In this document: positions 36,501 through 45,205 of the stretch, one piece after another | How the letters are laid out: every line of letters begins with the position of its first letter | Position numbering within the stretch: the stretch's first letter is position 1 | Virus record (IMG/VR): IMGVR_UViG_3300010392_000664 | Coordinates: 1-64,000 of that record | DNA length: 64,000 bases | Source of the DNA: a virus | Strand: one strand, 5' to 3' | Made by a program: the position numbers and the translations under genes | The notes under the pieces: generated by a model | Databases searched by the model: none | Told to the model about the DNA's origin: nothing | The model's input: the letters and a program-made list of their open reading frames with translations, nothing else

Positions 36501-37252
36501 TTTGTCTTTGCTCCATGATCAACAGTCCCGCCGTCTCGTCCTGCACGAGAATGCCGAATACGGTAAACGTCGAGTATCGCTGCGGCTTTTGATGGGCCTA
36601 CTTGTTTCCTGAACGGCACATCTCCTTTGCACGACCGAAAGCCTTGCGAGGGATCAACCCCCTTTGTCCATTTGGTGCCTTTTAGGTAGCCGTTCTTTCG
36701 GCACCAATCACCTTTGACGATCTGGATGCCCCCTATTGCTCGTTTTTCTCTTCGAAGAACGAATTTTGTCAGGTCAATAGGTTTACTGGGATCATTTATA
36801 AGTTCATCCCCATACTCATGTTTTTCATGAATATTCACATATTGAGGAAACACCATGTTTTCTTCTGCTCCCAGGCATTCATAATATGCATCTTTTAATG
36901 AATCTCTGAAGAAGCAATAATCAACATCTGTGAACCATACAACATCAGCACTTGTTAAACAAGCTGCCCGATTTCTTCCTATTGCTCGCCTGAATAGAGC
37001 TTCCTTTTCAAGATGACAAGGATTAATTCTCAAGGGTCCAGAAGTAACGTCTCGATTTTCACGTGGCAAAACAAAATCTTTTAATACATCAACCGTTGCC
37101 ATGTCTTGACGATTAAAGTACACAGATAACGTGACTTCTATGCCATCTTTATGCACTTCAGCTAAACTGGCAAGTTGATGTCGAAGGAGATGATGGTAAA
37201 TCGGAACCTCATCCCCGGAATAACAATGTGTGACGATTTCTATTGTTTTCAT
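36497..37252 (-). CDS. GT-A fold glycosyltransferase
   Basis: GRNRAA, VVWFTDVD DxD motif, GGIQIV. Confidence 0.7.
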   Translation of the reverse strand: MKTIEIVTHCYSGDEVPIYHHLLRHQLASLAEVHKDGIEVTLSVYFNRQDMATVDVLKDFVLPRENRDVTSGPLRINPCHLEKEALFRRAIGRNRAACLTSADVVWFTDVDYCFFRDSLKDAYYECLGAEENMVFPQYVNIHEKHEYGDELINDPSKPIDLTKFVLRREKRAIGGIQIVKGDWCRKNGYLKGTKWTKGVDPSQGFRSCKGDVPFRKQVGPSKAAAILDVYRIRHSRAGRDGGTVDHGAKTK

Positions 37253-37812
37253 TTTACCACGTATCCCCATAACCTATTATCACGAACGTTAATATTCTCT
37301 TCACCTAAAGAAGAAACCACAGCCCTTTTCACACCTCTATAACCACCCCCGTAGTCATGGCCACACAACAAACCTCCTTGGCGAACTTTAGGCAACCATA
37401 ATTCAATATCCTTTTTAACCTCTTTGAATGTATGACATGCATCAATGAAAACGAAATCAAATGTTCCATCAAGATATCGTTTACAGACAAATTCACTTGT
37501 TTCTTTCCAAATAGCAGGAGACACTCCAGGATTAGCTGAATTAATATTTTTTATGGCAGTGTCATAAATGGAATCCCATTGTTTTTGTGACAACTTACCG
37601 GTTCTTTTCATGAAGAAATATTCATCACCTTCTTCCCATTCTCTCCAAGGGTCAACAAAAACCATTGCTATATCTGGAAATGTTGTCAGGATTTTTTTAG
37701 ATGCCAACCCCTTGAATACTCCGATCTCGGCTCCTCTATCTGGACTTGGTCCGAGAAATTCTTCGATCATAAGGACTAAGTCCTCTGACATCGGTCTATC
37801 CCACTTCACCAT
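37249..37812 (-). CDS. class I SAM O-methyltransferase (Methyltransf_24-like)
   Basis: GAEIGVFKG, VDPW, FVFIDACH, GGLLCGHDY. Confidence 0.85.
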   Translation of the reverse strand: MVKWDRPMSEDLVLMIEEFLGPSPDRGAEIGVFKGLASKKILTTFPDIAMVFVDPWREWEEGDEYFFMKRTGKLSQKQWDSIYDTAIKNINSANPGVSPAIWKETSEFVCKRYLDGTFDFVFIDACHTFKEVKKDIELWLPKVRQGGLLCGHDYGGGYRGVKRAVVSSLGEENINVRDNRLWGYVVK

Positions 37813-38548
37813 TTTCTACCATCCTTTTGAATTCATCAAAATCTTCTTGAGTGTTGATTGATAAAGGAGCTTTTTTATATGTTCTGGTTGCCCCTATTTT
37901 ATAACCATATTCAAGCCATGCTATCTGTTCCAAAGATTTAGATACTGACAGCAAAGTATGACTCAACACATTACAAAGACGCAAAAGAGCATCCTTTTGA
38001 AATATATAAACACCAATATGCTCTGAACCAGATGATTCATCACGTGAAAACCAAATGCACCTTGACTCAGGGAAACAGCCCCCATGATCGGTTAGTGTTG
38101 CTTTTACAGCATTTCTGTTATTGACTCTGCCTGTGTCAATAATTCCCACTAATGTGCTTATAACAAACTTCCTATTGTTCCTTGAATACAATAATTCAAT
38201 ATCTTTTGAATCGACAAGAGGTTCATCACATTGAAGATTTATTACATTATTAATGCTGTTAAAAAAGAACTCATCTTCAATCCTAAGAAGTTCTAAAGCT
38301 CGTGCACATCTATGTGTTCCAGTAGGAATATCCAATTCCGTTTTTATGCAATGCAATTCATTTTTTTCACAATACTCATGGATTTCTTTATCCCCACTCA
38401 CAACAAAAACTTGACGAGGTTTTGCACATCTAGCCTTATCATAAGTCCATTTCAACAAAGGACTTCCACCCACTTCTAAAAGAGGCTTACCTGGCAAACG
38501 AGATGAAGCCATGCTCGCCGGTATCATGATAATTGTGTCATTTTGCAT
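37796..38548 (-). CDS. kdsB: KdsB-like CMP-ulosonate cytidylyltransferase
   Basis: IPASMASSRLPGKPL, TGTHR, NLQCDEP, HIGVY, SLEQ..WLE.G, INTQED. Confidence 0.85.
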   Translation of the reverse strand: MQNDTIIMIPASMASSRLPGKPLLEVGGSPLLKWTYDKARCAKPRQVFVVSGDKEIHEYCEKNELHCIKTELDIPTGTHRCARALELLRIEDEFFFNSINNVINLQCDEPLVDSKDIELLYSRNNRKFVISTLVGIIDTGRVNNRNAVKATLTDHGGCFPESRCIWFSRDESSGSEHIGVYIFQKDALLRLCNVLSHTLLSVSKSLEQIAWLEYGYKIGATRTYKKAPLSINTQEDFDEFKRMVENGEVG

Positions 38549-38557
38549 GTTGTTTTC

Positions 38558-39109
38558 CTAAAAGTAATCGTAGGTTTCACAGAATTCCAATTCTGCAGAA
38601 ATGACGGCTTCTTTTTGTCGCCTATTTGTGATATGTGGAGAACCTTTTCTGGCATTCTGTGGAGTAATTTTTCGAACTTGGCCATCACATGATACACGAG
38701 AATTCCTGAATGTATCGAAGATTTCAATAGCAGATTCAGGATAATCTTCAAGTCGAATAACAGTATTTGCTTTGTACGAATCAAACATCTCAGTGACTCT
38801 ACCAGGGAACATCCTGAGATAATTGTTAATAAAAGCCTCAACCGAAGGTGACTTTCGGGCAATCCAACAAAACAGATCGACCCCTACAACGCCCACGGTG
38901 CCGCCACGGAGCGATAGGTAGTAGGAAACTAGCCAATCATACGGATGGCGGATTGTAGTCACCACGAACCCTTTGTGGCCATCAGGTGGTGGGTCATGCA
39001 AGTTCGTCTTCTTCTTATGCCCCAAACCTGCCTCGTAAGCTGCCTTGATAAACCACGTAGTTCCGGTTTTAGGGGCAGCAGCATACTGAAAATCAGTATA
39101 GGATATCAT
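38558..39109 (-). CDS. sulfotransferase
   Basis: 5'-PSB APKTGTTW; 3'-PB IRHPYDWLVSYY; IRLED. Confidence 0.78.
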   Translation of the reverse strand: MISYTDFQYAAAPKTGTTWFIKAAYEAGLGHKKKTNLHDPPPDGHKGFVVTTIRHPYDWLVSYYLSLRGGTVGVVGVDLFCWIARKSPSVEAFINNYLRMFPGRVTEMFDSYKANTVIRLEDYPESAIEIFDTFRNSRVSCDGQVRKITPQNARKGSPHITNRRQKEAVISAELEFCETYDYF

Positions 39110-39794
39110 TTCCAACTTTCTCATAACAGTCACAGAACCGATGTTGCCATTGTAACTCAACCGCCGGTTCATGTTTTTCTAAAAACATCTCCAAACCATC
39201 AACAACGTGATGTTTCTTTCTCCCTCGATTCCGGACGTCATCAAAGACCATCCATCCGCCGACTTTGAGAAGTTCAAATGACAACAGGGCATCTTCAAGC
39301 ACTGCTGTATCTTCATGATCCCCGTCAATGACAATCAGATCAATTGAATTTTTTGTGAACGGCACATCTTTTACAGCAGCACCTTTTCTGACAAGTTGAG
39401 TAAGGGTATCACTGCTATAACCCCTGACAATTTCAAGCTGATCTCTCCAAGGGGCTAAATTATGAATAGCTCGTGAATGCACTCCATCCATATGATCCTG
39501 ATCTAGTTTTCTCGTTGCCGCCCAGGGATCTACCGCAAAAACTCGACTGTCGGGATGTTCCAAGAAGTTTTGCAGGCACCAAATCAAATCCATGCCTTCA
39601 AAGACACCAATTTGGATCATCTTGATTGGTTCATCCGATGAAAACTTCTTCGGCAGGAAAGTACTCCACGTCACTTGATTTCGTTGCCGAAACCATCGTT
39701 TCGTAAATTTGAAATCGTGAACATCCATATCAATAGGAATGCTTTGTTCATCATCTCGTTTTGCGAAGGCTTGCTTTTTAGAAATTCTAGGCAT
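39093..39794 (-). CDS. class I SAM O-methyltransferase (Methyltransf_24-like)
   Basis: QIGVFEG, AVDPW, IVIDGDH, LKVGG.MVFDD. Confidence 0.85.
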   Translation of the reverse strand: MPRISKKQAFAKRDDEQSIPIDMDVHDFKFTKRWFRQRNQVTWSTFLPKKFSSDEPIKMIQIGVFEGMDLIWCLQNFLEHPDSRVFAVDPWAATRKLDQDHMDGVHSRAIHNLAPWRDQLEIVRGYSSDTLTQLVRKGAAVKDVPFTKNSIDLIVIDGDHEDTAVLEDALLSFELLKVGGWMVFDDVRNRGRKKHHVVDGLEMFLEKHEPAVELQWQHRFCDCYEKVGNDILY

Positions 39795-40746
39795 TGACTT
39801 CCTCCTGATACAAGGGGCACTTTTTGGTATGTGTAGTAATCAAACCATCACAATAAAAACACGTATCATCAGACAGATTTTTTACCCTATCCATGTACCT
39901 GTTGAGATACTTATAATCAATTTGAGGCAACCAATCATTAATTTTGCCGACGTTGTTCTCCAGCACTTCCTTAAAAATCGGCTCCCATAGCCATACACCT
40001 TTCGGTGTTTTATTCCATCGAAGATTTGAATCACCATGAAAATGCCATACTTTTACATCATCATCATTCAAATAAGGCGGTTGGAATTTTGGTGAACAAT
40101 TAAACGCCCCGCCCAAGTGCACGTGCATATCATTAGGTGAAAAAATAGATGGTAGAAGATGAAGAACAGTTTCATCCGCAATGAAAATATCCTGAACTTT
40201 ATAAGTCAAGGAAAACCATTTTTCCAACACCGGAGAGTTGGGACAAGCAGAAAAAATCCCGCCGTTAAGTGATGGGAACTTATTGGCGGGATTCAAAACC
40301 CGGCGAACATGAGACTGATCAATCCCATCTCTTCCTTCGAGGCGAGAGATTCGTTTATTGACAATTCTGCCAACAGCTACCCAGTCATTGAATTGAGTAG
40401 CAGAAAAACTAATGCCGTTGTTCAGTACATCGAATAGCTGTTCGATGTCGCCCTGCACCACGGTGTCGGCGTCCAGGTATAAAACACGATCGGCCTCAAC
40501 TTCCTGCATTAACCGAATCTTATCCATGAATTGACGATTACGCCTATTGTAATTCGGCTTTTCTCTTTCATGAGCAGTGATTCTTAATTGCCTGTGCGAA
40601 GCTATTTCCTGAACAAGAGGGTAACTTTCCGGCCACGCATAAACTTCAACAGGACCATCCCATACTTTTCTAAGGGAATGGATGCTGGCGACAAGGTAAG
40701 GGAGGTGGCCTTCACCGCTCATCAGATACACTACTTTATGATTCAT
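39787..40746 (-). CDS. GT8-like glycosyltransferase with C-terminal Cys/His motif
   Basis: VLYLDADT, NGGIF, DETVL, WHFHG; CFYC...H...C tail. Confidence 0.8.
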   Translation of the reverse strand: MNHKVVYLMSGEGHLPYLVASIHSLRKVWDGPVEVYAWPESYPLVQEIASHRQLRITAHEREKPNYNRRNRQFMDKIRLMQEVEADRVLYLDADTVVQGDIEQLFDVLNNGISFSATQFNDWVAVGRIVNKRISRLEGRDGIDQSHVRRVLNPANKFPSLNGGIFSACPNSPVLEKWFSLTYKVQDIFIADETVLHLLPSIFSPNDMHVHLGGAFNCSPKFQPPYLNDDDVKVWHFHGDSNLRWNKTPKGVWLWEPIFKEVLENNVGKINDWLPQIDYKYLNRYMDRVKNLSDDTCFYCDGLITTHTKKCPLYQEEVNA

Positions 40747-41066
40747 TACTCTCCTTCGAAATCTTTGCAGTCACCCAAAATCATTACATTGGCACCTTTT
40801 AAACCAGCATACTTGATTGCCATTCCTAAAAGCATATATTCATCATCGTCATATGCCGCAGCGAAGGCATCTTGATGCAGGGCCACAAATTTAGCTTCTC
40901 CCTCGGCTACAAGACGGACAGATTCCACAAATTCAGGGAGGTACTTATGCACTGTATCCCATAGAATTGCCTTTCTTGTATTAAATTCTTTTTTAGACAC
41001 CTTTGGTCCCGACACCCCAGGTGTCAATTTTTTAGCTTTTGAAAAATCTTGTTGTTTTTGAATCAT
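40746..41066 (-). CDS. hypothetical protein
   Basis: Translationally coupled ORF. Confidence 0.55.
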   Translation of the reverse strand: MIQKQQDFSKAKKLTPGVSGPKVSKKEFNTRKAILWDTVHKYLPEFVESVRLVAEGEAKFVALHQDAFAAAYDDDEYMLLGMAIKYAGLKGANVMILGDCKDFEGE

Positions 41067-41866
41067 TAACCGACCTTTTTATTATGAGCCCATCTTGCAT
41101 ACGAATCTGGACAAGAACAGTAACGGGGATCGAAATGATCCTCGTCTACATAAATGGCATCGAATTGACCGATAACAGAACGATGAGTATGAGTCCAAAC
41201 CTGATAAAATCCCAGTTTAACTAATTCAAGATGAACTTCATATGGTGATGCCCAACCACCCTTGTTGCGAGGTTTCCCGGTCATCTCTACATTGATGACT
41301 TTGACGTGATTCTTGATAAACTTTTTGCCACCACGAATAACCAATGCTTCACTGCCTTCACAGTCAAGCCATAAAAGACATTCCTCATTTTCAAATGACA
41401 TCATATGGTGACTAAAAAAATCATCTAAAGTCGTAGTAAGTACCGACACCGGACGAGTTTTATTTTGATCCCCGTCATTTTTCTTTTTGTAGAATGAAGA
41501 CCCATCTTTCCAACTACGGCTCACATAAAGAATCTCTGAACCAATCTGATCGGATAAAGCCTTATCAGTTAAGTAACCGGGGAACTTATCCTTAATGGAT
41601 TTACAAATCTCCGGCGAAGGTTCGAATCCGTACAACTCAAAACCTTCGAAGTTTTCTCGCATGACTTCCGTTTCATGATGCCGCATACCGACACCGCCCA
41701 TTACAATCAAATCAGGATTAAATTCAAGCAGTTTGCAGTACTCCACTACTGCGTTTCCTGATCGACGATGAACCTTACTTCGATGTGGTTTTTTAATTAA
41801 ATCCTTCAAGAGACTTCTCCACTTCCTTACGAACTGAACTTGTTGAAGAACAATGTTTCCAGCCAA
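41066..41866 (-). CDS. FkbM-family methyltransferase (start uncertain)
   Basis: GFEPS, ALSD..G, TTTLD, LWLDCEGSE..VI.G. Confidence 0.82.
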   Translation of the reverse strand: MAGNIVLQQVQFVRKWRSLLKDLIKKPHRSKVHRRSGNAVVEYCKLLEFNPDLIVMGGVGMRHHETEVMRENFEGFELYGFEPSPEICKSIKDKFPGYLTDKALSDQIGSEILYVSRSWKDGSSFYKKKNDGDQNKTRPVSVLTTTLDDFFSHHMMSFENEECLLWLDCEGSEALVIRGGKKFIKNHVKVINVEMTGKPRNKGGWASPYEVHLELVKLGFYQVWTHTHRSVIGQFDAIYVDEDHFDPRYCSCPDSYARWAHNKKVG

Positions 41867-42605
41867 GATTTTTCATGTTGGTGCAAATCACCGAATGCCC
41901 CATCCGCTTTGCCATATACCAATGATACCCATCTTGCGACCGAACCGGCAGCATTCCTTTGTCGCATGTAGCTATGGCATGAGCTGCACATACCTTAGTG
42001 AATTCAGTATTAAAAAACGCACACCATGAAATGATTCTTTTATGCCGCAACCGACTCCACCCATCCTTCGGTTTTAAATTCAAAGGAGGACTCACTTCAT
42101 CATCAAAAACGGAATGTTCTTCAGCCCATCTATCCAATTGAATCATTTGATCCGCTGGTTTAGTAAATCCCCAGGGATGTGAAATGATAGCTGGGTTACC
42201 TTCAAACCATTCCTGATCCACCCAACCCCCATCATGTCTTGTGGCTACTGTATCAAGATCTAATTTAAGCCAATATCGGGTATTCACATACCATGCTGGG
42301 ACATAAACAAAGCCCGCAAGCATTTTATACCTTTGCGGACAAGTCCACTTATTCGAAGGATCACCTGGGTACACAACACCCACTTCTGACCAAGGGACAA
42401 GTGATATTTTTGTAGTATAAAAGCTCAAATGAGAATCAAGCACATCCCAAACTTCATGATGGGTCACCTGTTCTCTGTCATAAAAAATTACAAATTTATG
42501 CTTAAAAAGATCTGGTTTATGTTTCTTCCAAGTAGGCAGAACGAGATTAAGCTGAGCTAAGTGTTTTCTGTCAACACCCAAAACCACGGTATAGTCATCA
42601 TACAT
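41793..42605 (-). CDS. GT-A fold glycosyltransferase-like protein
   Basis: YWLKLDLDT DxD motif, QDG, terminal H; cluster context. Confidence 0.6.
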   Translation of the reverse strand: MYDDYTVVLGVDRKHLAQLNLVLPTWKKHKPDLFKHKFVIFYDREQVTHHEVWDVLDSHLSFYTTKISLVPWSEVGVVYPGDPSNKWTCPQRYKMLAGFVYVPAWYVNTRYWLKLDLDTVATRHDGGWVDQEWFEGNPAIISHPWGFTKPADQMIQLDRWAEEHSVFDDEVSPPLNLKPKDGWSRLRHKRIISWCAFFNTEFTKVCAAHAIATCDKGMLPVRSQDGYHWYMAKRMGHSVICTNMKNLGWKHCSSTSSVRKEVEKSLEGFN

Positions 42606-43780
42606 TAAAAGAAACCCCCCTTTGCGGCTTGGGTTGTTTTATCAGGTCTTTTTGATCGTACCACCCCACGTTGCAGACGAGTCTTTATAATCTCGCAATA
42701 CTCTTCCTGCAATTCGACACCAACTGCCCTACGCCCAAGTAATCTAGCAGCAACCAAAGTAGTTCCAGATCCGCTAAATGGATCCAAAACAACACCATCT
42801 TTTGGGGTTACAAGTTTAATGAGATACCTCATTAATTCCAATGGCTTGACAGTAGGGTGATTGTTTGCAGCACCCTTTTCCAGGGCATCGGCTTTTGGGC
42901 AATAAAAGAACCGAGCAACCGATCCATTTGCATCCGTCGGAAAGATATCAATAACTTCATCACTTCCGTCGTGCATAAGATTCGCTGGGAATCTCCCAGG
43001 AGTCAAATCAGCAAGCACAACATCACAAGCATTAAATACTTTTTTAGATGTGCGAGGGCCGACCCATTGCTTTCTGGCGTCAGTCAACTTGTCCTGATCC
43101 TCTGCAGGAATTCTGCATTCCCGAAGATTCAACCCGCCAGTTCCATGCTTCAAAACATTTTGAGCTACGGTTCCTTCAAATGACTTGCGTGCCATTGTAA
43201 TCGGTTCCATGCAAGGTTTGATGGCAGTTCCCCAGCCATCCCATATTTTTGCCTCTTCAGTAGCGGGTGCCGATACCGGGACAAGGCCAGTTTCGGGGTC
43301 AGGTGCGTTTTCTGGCCTTGCGGTAAAACTACCTACCGTCACCCGTCCGTTCGCGTCCTTGCGACCAGCGTGCAACCCTGCCGCCTTATGGCCGATCACT
43401 TCGCGAGTAGCCCCAGCTTCAATATCAATTCTTTTGCCGATGTCGGTAGATTTCGGGAAACCTTCCCCATAAATCCATGCCAGCATGTCCCTGATCTGAA
43501 ACCCGGCATCTTCGATGTTGATGGCCATTCTGTGCTGGGTGCGAGTTCCGGCAAATGCTAATACATGGCCTCCAGGTTTCAGTACACGGAGACATTCCTC
43601 CCATACTGCTTTTACTGGAACATCGTAGTCCCATTTTTTTGCCATAAAATTGATTCCGTAAGGAGGATCTGTGACGACAGAATGGATACTGTCGTCAGGA
43701 ATCTCTTTCATCATTTCTAAGCAATCCCCATTCAAAAGGGTGATGCCAAGATTCTCATCCTCATAATACGGTTCTTTCAT
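42605..43780 (-). CDS. N4-C/N6-A DNA methyltransferase (beta class)
   Basis: TDPPY, GFPKS, GRFPAN, HPTVKP, DPFSGSGTT. Confidence 0.92.
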   Translation of the reverse strand: MKEPYYEDENLGITLLNGDCLEMMKEIPDDSIHSVVTDPPYGINFMAKKWDYDVPVKAVWEECLRVLKPGGHVLAFAGTRTQHRMAINIEDAGFQIRDMLAWIYGEGFPKSTDIGKRIDIEAGATREVIGHKAAGLHAGRKDANGRVTVGSFTARPENAPDPETGLVPVSAPATEEAKIWDGWGTAIKPCMEPITMARKSFEGTVAQNVLKHGTGGLNLRECRIPAEDQDKLTDARKQWVGPRTSKKVFNACDVVLADLTPGRFPANLMHDGSDEVIDIFPTDANGSVARFFYCPKADALEKGAANNHPTVKPLELMRYLIKLVTPKDGVVLDPFSGSGTTLVAARLLGRRAVGVELQEEYCEIIKTRLQRGVVRSKRPDKTTQAAKGGFF

Positions 43781-44847
43781 TTTTTCCTTCTTCTGTTCTT
43801 TTTCTTTTTCTCTTTGAAATACCACCCATCACAATCAAACGGCTCTTTCGGAAAGAACTGCAGGGCATCCTCAACTGCTAAATCAAATGGAGCATAATCA
43901 AATGCAGCTAAATGTGAATTCTGATTACAGTTAAATATTTCTAATCCGAACTTAGAAAATATTCCTTTTTGCTGCATTTCGCATAACCATTGATTGACGA
44001 TCTTATATTGATTATTGTTTGACCGAACTGCTCCTTCATCCCGGACTTCTCGGAAGGCATAATTGTCATGAAGATCCCGTCGTGGATCCATATACATATC
44101 CACTCCGACAAGATAAATTCTTCTTGCTCCCAGATAGTATAGTACTCTGATGGCAAGTAATAACGTACAAACCGTCTTCATTCCTCCAGTTTTTTTCACA
44201 CCGGCATCCAGGTTTCCCCAAGCAGCATGATCATCTAAGAAAAATGATTCATCAGGAATCAACCACGATCGTCTACCGAATCCCCAGACATTTGGGCAAT
44301 GGCAAGCAGACACCTTGTTTCCATTGATGAATAATTGCTGAAAACTACCATCTTCTTTTTTCCGCAGCCCACCCCTGTTCACCCGCATTTTCGGTGTAGG
44401 AACAAACTTCATAACTCTAGGATCTTGCCAAATCCCATTATGAAATTTACTGGGAGGATCCGCACAGATGAAAGCGGAAGCCCGATAATACGCCGCCATA
44501 TTATTTACGGCTAAAGAAAAGATGCCCCGTTGCTCGATTTTAGAAAGATCAAGCTGACGTGCGGAAGGACCACCTGCTACGAGAAAAGCAGTTCCATTAG
44601 CAAGCAAATTCCGCAAAGCATGAGTTTTTACTCCACACCAATCCTGAATAACAAGATCATCCTGAAATCGTTTATCAAAACATTTTGCATCTAATGTGAG
44701 TCTTTCACAACAGTCTTCGCATGAAGCATAAGGAAAATTCAATCCTGTTTTTGTGCAGACCTCATGTATAGCACATTTATAGGTTTGTCTTCCATCATCG
44801 GTTTTCTTATCGGGCAAAGCCTCTTTTAGATACACGCACTTGGGCAT
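43777..44847 (-). CDS. Maf/DUF115-like putative CMP-sugar transferase with Cys-rich N-terminus
   Basis: AFLVAGGPSA, LAVNN, CADP, LYYLGARRIYLVGVDM, IFNCN. Confidence 0.65.
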   Translation of the reverse strand: MPKCVYLKEALPDKKTDDGRQTYKCAIHEVCTKTGLNFPYASCEDCCERLTLDAKCFDKRFQDDLVIQDWCGVKTHALRNLLANGTAFLVAGGPSARQLDLSKIEQRGIFSLAVNNMAAYYRASAFICADPPSKFHNGIWQDPRVMKFVPTPKMRVNRGGLRKKEDGSFQQLFINGNKVSACHCPNVWGFGRRSWLIPDESFFLDDHAAWGNLDAGVKKTGGMKTVCTLLLAIRVLYYLGARRIYLVGVDMYMDPRRDLHDNYAFREVRDEGAVRSNNNQYKIVNQWLCEMQQKGIFSKFGLEIFNCNQNSHLAAFDYAPFDLAVEDALQFFPKEPFDCDGWYFKEKKKKNRRRKK

Positions 44848-45151
44848 TTGAACGGCTCACTGTGTTGATTTGCCATGCCCTTCCGTTTGCTATCCTGACA
44901 CCATGACCACAACTTTTACATTTTGTCCCACTTTTATGCACCAGAACTTCTAATTCTGATCCGCAATAGGGACAAGCACCATACCGAGATAAGGTGACGT
45001 AAATTGGTCCAGCAAATAGGATACAACTTGCAATCCACACCGGAGGGCAGATGAAGCCCAGGATAACAGAGAATATCCCTAATGGCCAGCCGAAAATAAA
45101 ACAAGCCATAATAAAAAGACAACCCGGTGATTTGATTTCTGCACCATTCAT
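44807..45151 (-). CDS. membrane protein with zinc ribbon
   Basis: Two hydrophobic helices, then CPYC...CKSC; GGAGG SD. Confidence 0.65.
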   Translation of the reverse strand: MNGAEIKSPGCLFIMACFIFGWPLGIFSVILGFICPPVWIASCILFAGPIYVTLSRYGACPYCGSELEVLVHKSGTKCKSCGHGVRIANGRAWQINTVSRSNAQVRVSKRGFAR

Positions 45152-45205
45152 AATTTTACCTCCAGCACAGTATACACAATCTTTCTGAGTTTTTGATGAA
45201 AATTT

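Noticed and set aside
35895-44847. Glycosyl cluster as a DNA hypermodification system
   Set aside because: Not excluded but disfavoured: no base hydroxymethylase or thymidylate-synthase-like gene is seen, and KdsB, Maf-like, sulfotransferase and FkbM enzymes point to surface glycans.
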